From Myxococcales bacterium (GTDB taxonomy: Bacteria > Myxococcota_A > UBA9042): a DNA stretch of 21,576 nt. This document shows, one piece after another, positions 16,368-21,576 of the stretch (position 1 is the first letter of the stretch; each line of letters opens with the position of its first letter). The position numbers were made by a program, and so were the translations under genes. The DNA is taken from NCBI GenBank assembly GCA_037441385.1, contig JBBISH010000109.1, positions 1 through 21,576 of the forward strand. The letters are read 5' to 3'. A model generated the notes under the pieces. The model was not told where the DNA came from. It did no database searches and was given only the letters and a program-made list of their open reading frames with translations.

Positions 16368-18431
16368 CTACTCTTCGCCGCGGCCGGCGGCAGACGCCTT
16401 CTTCAGGATCTCTTTGGCCTTCTGCGCCAGCGGATCCGAGCCAAGGATCTTGTCGGCCCGCGCCGCGAGTTCCTTGGCCTTGGCCGACTGGCCGGCGGCG
16501 AGGGCTTGCTCCGCTTGCTGCAGCAGGTTCTTGCCGTCGGCTTTGCAGCCGTCGATCACGGCCTTGGCGTCGGGGTGGCTGCCGGTCGCCGAGTAGTCGT
16601 TGGCGACTTCGGCGTTCTCGACCGCTTCGCCGCAATTGCCCGCAGCGCGCGCTGCCTTGGCGGCGTTCACGTAGGCCTTGATCACCTGGTCGGTCAAGAA
16701 CGCCTTGTGGTGGCCGTCGACCTCGCTGTCCGCCTCGCGAGCGTCTTTCCAAGCGGCGCCGGCCGCCTTGCCCGAGGCACCTTGGGCCTTGTTCCACGCG
16801 GCCTCTACGCGCTTGATGCCCGCGACGTAGGCGGCCGCCTTCTTCTTTTCGTCCTTGCTGTACGGACCGTTGGCGATGGCTTCAAAGGTTTGAATCGCGG
16901 TGGACCACTGGCGCGCGCCGTAGGCCGCAAGTCCGGCCGCAAAGTCGGCCTTTTTGCCCGGCGCCGCGGCGGCTTCGGCGGGCTTGGCCTCGCCTGGTTT
17001 GACCTCAGCGGGTTTGACCTCGGCGGGTTTGACCTCGGCCGGCGGGGTGGGCACCGCGACAGGTGCCGCGGCATCCGGGCTGGCGCCCGCATCGGGGCCT
17101 GGGGCCGGCACCGGGGCCGCACCCGCGAGTTGCCCTTGGAGCATCTTGGCATCGCCGTTGTCGGGTTCGATTTCCAAGATGACCTTGATAGCCGCGTCGG
17201 CCTTGGGGCTTTCGCCGGCGGCGAGCGCCTTCTTGGCCTCTTCCAGCTTGGCGGCGACCAGCGCTTTCTTCACGTCGACGAGCAATTGGTCGGCCTCGGC
17301 GCGGAACACGGACTCCTTGCCGATGTCTTCCGAGCTGAGCTTGGCCAGCGCCTCTTCGTTGTTGCCGGCTTCCTTTGCATCTTTGCCCTCTTGCAGGGCC
17401 TTCTGCGCGGTCGCCTCTAGGCCGGCCTGACGCTTGAGCGGCGCGATCTCCGGTGCGGACTTGTCCAGCTCCTGCGCCTTCTTCAAAGTCGCCATCGCGC
17501 CGGCGAACTCCTTGTCGGCCATCTGCTTCTTGGCCTTTTCAAGGAGCGCGCCCACGTCGCCATCGGCCTCGCTTCCGGCGGCGGTCTTGTCGACGGACTT
17601 CTTGCCCATGACGAGCCAGGCGGTCACGCCGCCACCGACCAAAAGCAGGACCAGCACGGCGGCGATCGCAATGATCTTGCCGGGACCGCCGCTGCTGCCG
17701 CCCTGATTCTTGGGCGCCATGCGGGGTTCGGCGACCTGCCGCATCGGCCGATCGTCGTCGCGAGGAGCGGCGCGACCGCTCTCTTTGCGCTTGCCGACGC
17801 CGTCGACCTGATACTCGAGCACGGACATGCCGATCTCGATCTGATCGCCGGGTTCCAGGATTTGCCGGGCGCGCTTGTCGCCGTTGACCTTGGTGCCGTT
17901 GGGGCCGCCCAAGTCTTCGAGCACGACTTGGTCGCCGCTGCGGCGCAGCTGGAAGTGCTTGCGCGACACCGCTGGATCCGCGAGCACGATCTGGCAGTCC
18001 AGACCGCGGCCGACGAGCGAGTCGCCTTCACCGATGTGGTGAACCTTGCCGCGATCGGGGCCAGAGACGACCTTGAGGTCCAGGGCGCGGCCCACCGGCT
18101 GCGGCGCGCGGGCCACCGGCGCGGGCAGGTCATCGGGCATCGCGTCGAGCATGCGGGTGGCCGCTTCTTCTTCGTCGCCGTGGCCCATCGACGCGGGGGG
18201 CGGCGGTGCGGGTCGCCCCATCGGTCGCGGTGCTGGGCGGCCACCGGGGCGCGGCGCGGGCGCGGGGCTGCGCACGTATTCGGTGGGCGGCGGATCCACG
18301 TCCTCGATGGACATGGCGCGCGTCGACTCGCCGTTGTCGTCGTCGTAGTCCGCGCCGCTAGAGCGCGCCCCCGAATCGACTCTGCGCTGATTGCCAAAGC
18401 CAATGCCGCCGCGGCGGTCGTCGTTGCCCAT
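16368..18431 (-). CDS. FHA-domain transmembrane protein with periplasmic TPR-like helices
   Basis: FHA motifs VGRGLDC..DPAVSRKHF..DLGGPNGTKVNG; TM IIAIAAVLVLLLVGGGVTAWLV; Ala/Lys-rich helical repeats; RBS GAGGAG. Confidence 0.92.
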   Translation of the reverse strand: MGNDDRRGGIGFGNQRRVDSGARSSGADYDDDNGESTRAMSIEDVDPPPTEYVRSPAPAPRPGGRPAPRPMGRPAPPPPASMGHGDEEEAATRMLDAMPDDLPAPVARAPQPVGRALDLKVVSGPDRGKVHHIGEGDSLVGRGLDCQIVLADPAVSRKHFQLRRSGDQVVLEDLGGPNGTKVNGDKRARQILEPGDQIEIGMSVLEYQVDGVGKRKESGRAAPRDDDRPMRQVAEPRMAPKNQGGSSGGPGKIIAIAAVLVLLLVGGGVTAWLVMGKKSVDKTAAGSEADGDVGALLEKAKKQMADKEFAGAMATLKKAQELDKSAPEIAPLKRQAGLEATAQKALQEGKDAKEAGNNEEALAKLSSEDIGKESVFRAEADQLLVDVKKALVAAKLEEAKKALAAGESPKADAAIKVILEIEPDNGDAKMLQGQLAGAAPVPAPGPDAGASPDAAAPVAVPTPPAEVKPAEVKPAEVKPGEAKPAEAAAAPGKKADFAAGLAAYGARQWSTAIQTFEAIANGPYSKDEKKKAAAYVAGIKRVEAAWNKAQGASGKAAGAAWKDAREADSEVDGHHKAFLTDQVIKAYVNAAKAARAAGNCGEAVENAEVANDYSATGSHPDAKAVIDGCKADGKNLLQQAEQALAAGQSAKAKELAARADKILGSDPLAQKAKEILKKASAAGRGEE
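16983..17042 (-). repeat. Four in-frame 15-bp repeats encoding PAEVK x3 + PGEAK
   Basis: tttgacctc(a/g)gc(g/c)gg x3 plus cttggcctcgcctgg on the + strand. Confidence 0.9.
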
Positions 18432-18877
18432 CTTCTTGCTCCTCGCGGCGCGCCGGTGGTGGCCGTTGCAGCGCGGTCGCGACCGCGGCGATCAGTACCA
18501 CACCTACACCGGACCGGCAATTTCTCGATCCGATTCGGGATCGAGCCTGCCAGCGCTGCGGCGAATTCTCTGGGGGCCTCGCAGCACGTTTCTGCTTCGG
18601 GTTTGCCTGGGCAGGTGAGCGCGGGCCGAGGTGGATCGCAGACCCGTGGCGGGGTGCGTGCTGCTGAAGAGCCGCAGGACGCAGCGCAGGGCTGAGCGAC
18701 CGGGCAACCGCTCTTGCGGGCGGCTTAGACGCGGGGGGACCGATCGAAAACCCGTACCAGCGGGCGATCGTCACAGCCGTTCGCGATGGCGTCCGCGAGC
18801 GACCCACAGAGCACCGATGCGGCTTCTCGCGCCAATCGCCTTGCTGCGCGCGAGCTTCGCGGTCGATGCCCGGCGAA

Positions 18878-19132
18878 CTAGGCCTGGGGAACCACGTGCA
18901 CGGTCTTGCGGCCGTGGTACATGCCGTATTCGACCACGCCCGGAGCGGTGGCGAACAGGGTGAAGTCCTTGCCAGTCATCACGTTCTTGCCAGCGTGCCA
19001 CACCGAGCCGACCTGGCGGACGATGATCGCGCCCGAGCCGACGGCCTGGCTGCCGTAGACCTTGATGCCGCGGAACTGCGGGTTGGAATCGCGGCCGTTG
19101 CGCGACGAACCTTGACCTTTTTTGTGAGCCAT
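18878..19132 (-). CDS. rpmA: 50S ribosomal protein L27
   Basis: [39 protein letters not shown]. Confidence 0.99.
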   Translation of the reverse strand: MAHKKGQGSSRNGRDSNPQFRGIKVYGSQAVGSGAIIVRQVGSVWHAGKNVMTGKDFTLFATAPGVVEYGMYHGRKTVHVVPQA

Positions 19133-19263
19133 CTGGGACTCCAGGGCGACCAGCCGCAGGCGCGGCAGCCCGATGAGGGTAGATCCAGCCGATGTTCAGC
19201 CGGAGCTCCAACAGGAACCCGCGGCGCGAATCCAGCAGCAAGCGACCGTGCGGCCGCTGCGGG

Positions 19264-19596
19264 CTAGGCTTCGATGGTCTGGATGCGCACGCGGGTGATC
19301 CACTGGCGGTGACCAATGGTCTTGCGGCTGTTCTTGCGGTGACGGTACTTGTGCACCAGGATCTTGTTGTCGCGGGTCTGCTCGACCACGGTGCCGACGA
19401 CGCGCGCACCGGCGATGGCCGGCTGACCGAGGCGGACGGTGGTGCCGTCGCTGACCATCAGCACTTCGTCGAAGGTGACGTTTTCGCCGGTGTTGACCGG
19501 GAGTTTCTCGACGGTGACCTGCTGACCGGCGCTGACGCGGTACTGCTTGCCACCCGTCTTGATGATGGCGTAGGGGCTCGAAAGGCTGCTGGACAT
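19264..19596 (-). CDS. rplU: 50S ribosomal protein L21
   Basis: YAIIKTGGKQYRV..VEKL..GHRQWITRVRI; ATG 19596 with RBS GGAGAG. Confidence 0.98.
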   Translation of the reverse strand: MSSSLSSPYAIIKTGGKQYRVSAGQQVTVEKLPVNTGENVTFDEVLMVSDGTTVRLGQPAIAGARVVGTVVEQTRDNKILVHKYRHRKNSRKTIGHRQWITRVRIQTIEA

Positions 19597-19647
19597 GGGA
19601 CTCTCCGGACGCATGGGCGGGTACGGCGCACCCGCTTCGGGCCGCGC

Positions 19648-19676
19648 AGTGTGCCTCGTCGGTGGCGATTGGTCAA
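19648..19676 (-). promoter_or_regulatory. Putative sigma70 promoter of rplU-rpmA
   Basis: Minus strand TTGACC(19676-19671)-N17-CACACT(19653-19648). Confidence 0.55.
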
Positions 19677-19761
19677 GTGGAAAACCGATCTGGGTGCGCG
19701 GGCTTGCGCGGTGCAGGGCTGATCCGGCGCAAAGCACCCTGGTGTCAGATCAATGATTTTG

Positions 19762-20232
19762 TTAGATATTTGCACCCATATACGCTTCGAAGGCGGCCAT
19801 GGTGATGCTGGGATCGCGGACCTTCTCGACCAGATCGGCCAGGGTGGTGTGATCGAGAATTTGCAGGGTGGCGTTGTGCACGTCGGCCAGGAGCACCCGG
19901 ACTGCGCAGCGTTCTTCGTCCTTGCAGTCACCGCAGCGCTGGTAGGCGGTCTTGGATAGGCAGGGGAGCGGCGCGAGCGGACCGGTCAGGACGCGGATCA
20001 CTTCGCCCAACAGGACGTCTTCGGGCTTGGCCAAGAGCTGGTAGCCGCCGTTCTTGCCGCGCCGGCTCGACAGGACGCCGGTGTTGCGGAGTTCGAGGAG
20101 GATGGCCTCCAGGAACTTGCGCGGGATGCCTTCGGCGTCGGCCACCGTAGAGATGAGCACGGGCCCGTCGCCTTGGTGCTGGGCGAGGTACACCAAAGCT
20201 TTCAAGGCGTAGCGCGACTTCATCGGCAGCAT
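19762..20232 (-). CDS. Rrf2 family transcriptional regulator (Cys-rich, probable Fe-S binding)
   Basis: RYALKALVYLA, IPRKFLEAILLELR..G.LSSRRGKNGGYQL, GPLAPLPC-x8-C-x2-C-x5-C, TTLADL. Confidence 0.95.
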   Translation of the reverse strand: MLPMKSRYALKALVYLAQHQGDGPVLISTVADAEGIPRKFLEAILLELRNTGVLSSRRGKNGGYQLLAKPEDVLLGEVIRVLTGPLAPLPCLSKTAYQRCGDCKDEERCAVRVLLADVHNATLQILDHTTLADLVEKVRDPSITMAAFEAYMGANI

Positions 20233-20407
20233 GGGGATCCTCTACTTGGTCGTACGGGACGGCATCCGCCGCTGGGCGATTGTGCGGAAAAACGCCGTGC
20301 GCGCAAGCTTGGAACGCAGGGGCGGTGTCGTGTAGCATCGGCGGCGCGGCAGCCGCAAGGCAAGCACCGGTCACGGCGACGCGGAGCCAATCCGTTGGGG
20401 AGTGAAC

Positions 20408-20899
20408 ATGAAATTCAAGTGCGACCACCGTTTTGGGCCGATCAGCCTGGCGGACTACGAAAACCTGTACTTTGACGAGGACTTCAACATCGCCCTGTGC
20501 AAGACTGTGGGCCTGCACCGCGAGCTGGTGTCGCGCGAAGTCAAGGATGGACGCCTGCGCCGGGTGGTGCGGGTCGCTCCGGATCGCGAGGTCCCCGGGC
20601 CGGTCGCCAAGGTGATCGGCTCCAATCGCTTGGAGTACACCGAGACCGTGGACTACGTATTGGGCAGCGGCCGCGGCACCTGGAGCACGGCGTCGTCGGT
20701 GATGACGGACAAGGTGGATTCGCGCGGCACGTTCGCGTTTGCCGCCTCGGGCGACGGCGTAGTGCGCACCATCGAGGGCGACATCAACGTCAAGATCACC
20801 TTCATCGGCGGCGTGGTCGAGAAGTTCATCGTGGACGACGTGGTGAAAAGCTACGAGCGCGCCGCGGAATTCACCCGCAACTGGCTCGCCAAGAAGTAG
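20408..20899 (+). CDS. DUF2505 (SRPBCC-like) domain protein
   Basis: MKFKCDHRF..LYFDEDFN..EYTETVDY..RTIEGDINVKITFIGGVVEKFI..SYERAAEFTRNWL. Confidence 0.75.
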   Translation: MKFKCDHRFGPISLADYENLYFDEDFNIALCKTVGLHRELVSREVKDGRLRRVVRVAPDREVPGPVAKVIGSNRLEYTETVDYVLGSGRGTWSTASSVMTDKVDSRGTFAFAASGDGVVRTIEGDINVKITFIGGVVEKFIVDDVVKSYERAAEFTRNWLAKK

Positions 20900-20902
20900 G
20901 CG

Positions 20903-21576
20903 TTGCAGACGGAGCGGAACACCCACATCGACGGACTGCGCGGGCTCGCGATGCTCGGCGTGGTGGCGATTCACTTGGCGGCGCGGGTGCCGGCGGACAG
21001 CGCCTGGCAGGGCGGGTCGCAAGTCGTCGATCATCTTGGGCGTTTTGGCGTGCCCCTGTTCCTGGCGGTGCTGGGTTGGGGGGCGGCGCAGCCCGGACAC
21101 CGGCGGCCGGTGGCGTCGCTGAGTTGGCTGGGGGCGCGGCTGCGGGCCGTGGTGCCGGCGTACCTGGCGTGGGCGCTGCTGTACGCGGTGCTGGCGCCGT
21201 GGGATGGCGACGCGTTGGCCGGCAGTTGGCAACCGGGCGACGGCCTGAGCGAGCGGTTGTGGCGGACGGCGGCTGGCTACAGCGCCGAGCAGCTGTGGTA
21301 CATGCCAGCGTACTTGAGCCTGTTGCCGCTGGTGGCCCTGGTGGCGGCCCTGCCGCGGCGGCTGGCGGCGATCGTGGCGGGCGCGGCGTTGCTGGGGATG
21401 TTCGGGCTGCTGGGGCACCTAGAGGCCGTGGTGGCCGCCGATACCACGCCGCCGCCGCTGGCGGGCTGGATCCTGCGGAGCGAGGGGCGCTTGCCGCTGC
21501 CGTGGCTGGGCTTTGTCGCGGCGGGGGCGCTGCTGGCGCGGGCGCCGCTGGCGGTGGGCCCTGGGCCCGTGCGGGT
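20903..21576 (+). CDS. Acyltransferase-3 family membrane protein, 3' truncated by the window end
   Basis: Manual translation from TTG 20903: MQTERNTHIDGLRGLAMLGVVAIH, RFGVPLFL, RLRAVVPAYLAWALLY, QLWYMP; multiple TM segments; no stop in the window, so absent from the ORF track. Confidence 0.85.
   Translation, partial: MQTERNTHIDGLRGLAMLGVVAIHLAARVPADSAWQGGSQVVDHLGRFGVPLFLAVLGWGAAQPGHRRPVASLSWLGARLRAVVPAYLAWALLYAVLAPWDGDALAGSWQPGDGLSERLWRTAAGYSAEQLWYMPAYLSLLPLVALVAALPRRLAAIVAGAALLGMFGLLGHLEAVVAADTTPPPLAGWILRSEGRLPLPWLGFVAAGALLARAPLAVGPGPVR

Noticed and set aside
19133..19263. Possible prp (ysxB) gene between rplU and rpmA
   Set aside because: Only 131 bp, and L27 has the short MAHKK N-terminus that needs no Prp cleavage.
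20238..20260. Possible autoregulatory dyad upstream of the Rrf2 gene (TCTAC-TTGGTC-GTACG)
   Set aside because: Weak symmetry, spacing differs from the other two dyads, and it overlaps the RBS region.

Overview
GC-rich bacterial chromosomal segment. The gene style suggests Myxococcota or a related deltaproteobacterium: eukaryotic-like kinase fold, FHA-TM-TPR and PEGA proteins, a DUF6178-like gene and a CesT-PspA pair. About 23 CDSs can be supported. They include a 3'-truncated Ser/Thr pseudokinase and a 3'-truncated acyltransferase-3, both missing from the ORF track, plus a VOC protein, several lipoproteins, bolA-grxD-SCP2-DUF6178, cysK, a YkgJ/FliB-like Cys-cluster protein, cesT-like/pspA, a PilO-like lipoprotein, a PEGA protein, a PLD lipoprotein, a stand-alone receiver, an FHA protein, rplU-rpmA, an Rrf2 regulator and DUF2505. 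No mobile element, CRISPR array, tRNA or rRNA was seen. The most notable feature is the ~300-nt gap between two convergent genes (12839-13138). It folds almost entirely into a long hairpin, a four-way junction with a possible loop-loop pseudoknot, and a second long hairpin, and it matches no RNA family I recognise. Also notable are Rrf2/IscR-like operator palindromes beside the -35 boxes of the bolA-grxD and cysK promoters. All family calls come from motif recognition by eye, not from database searches.
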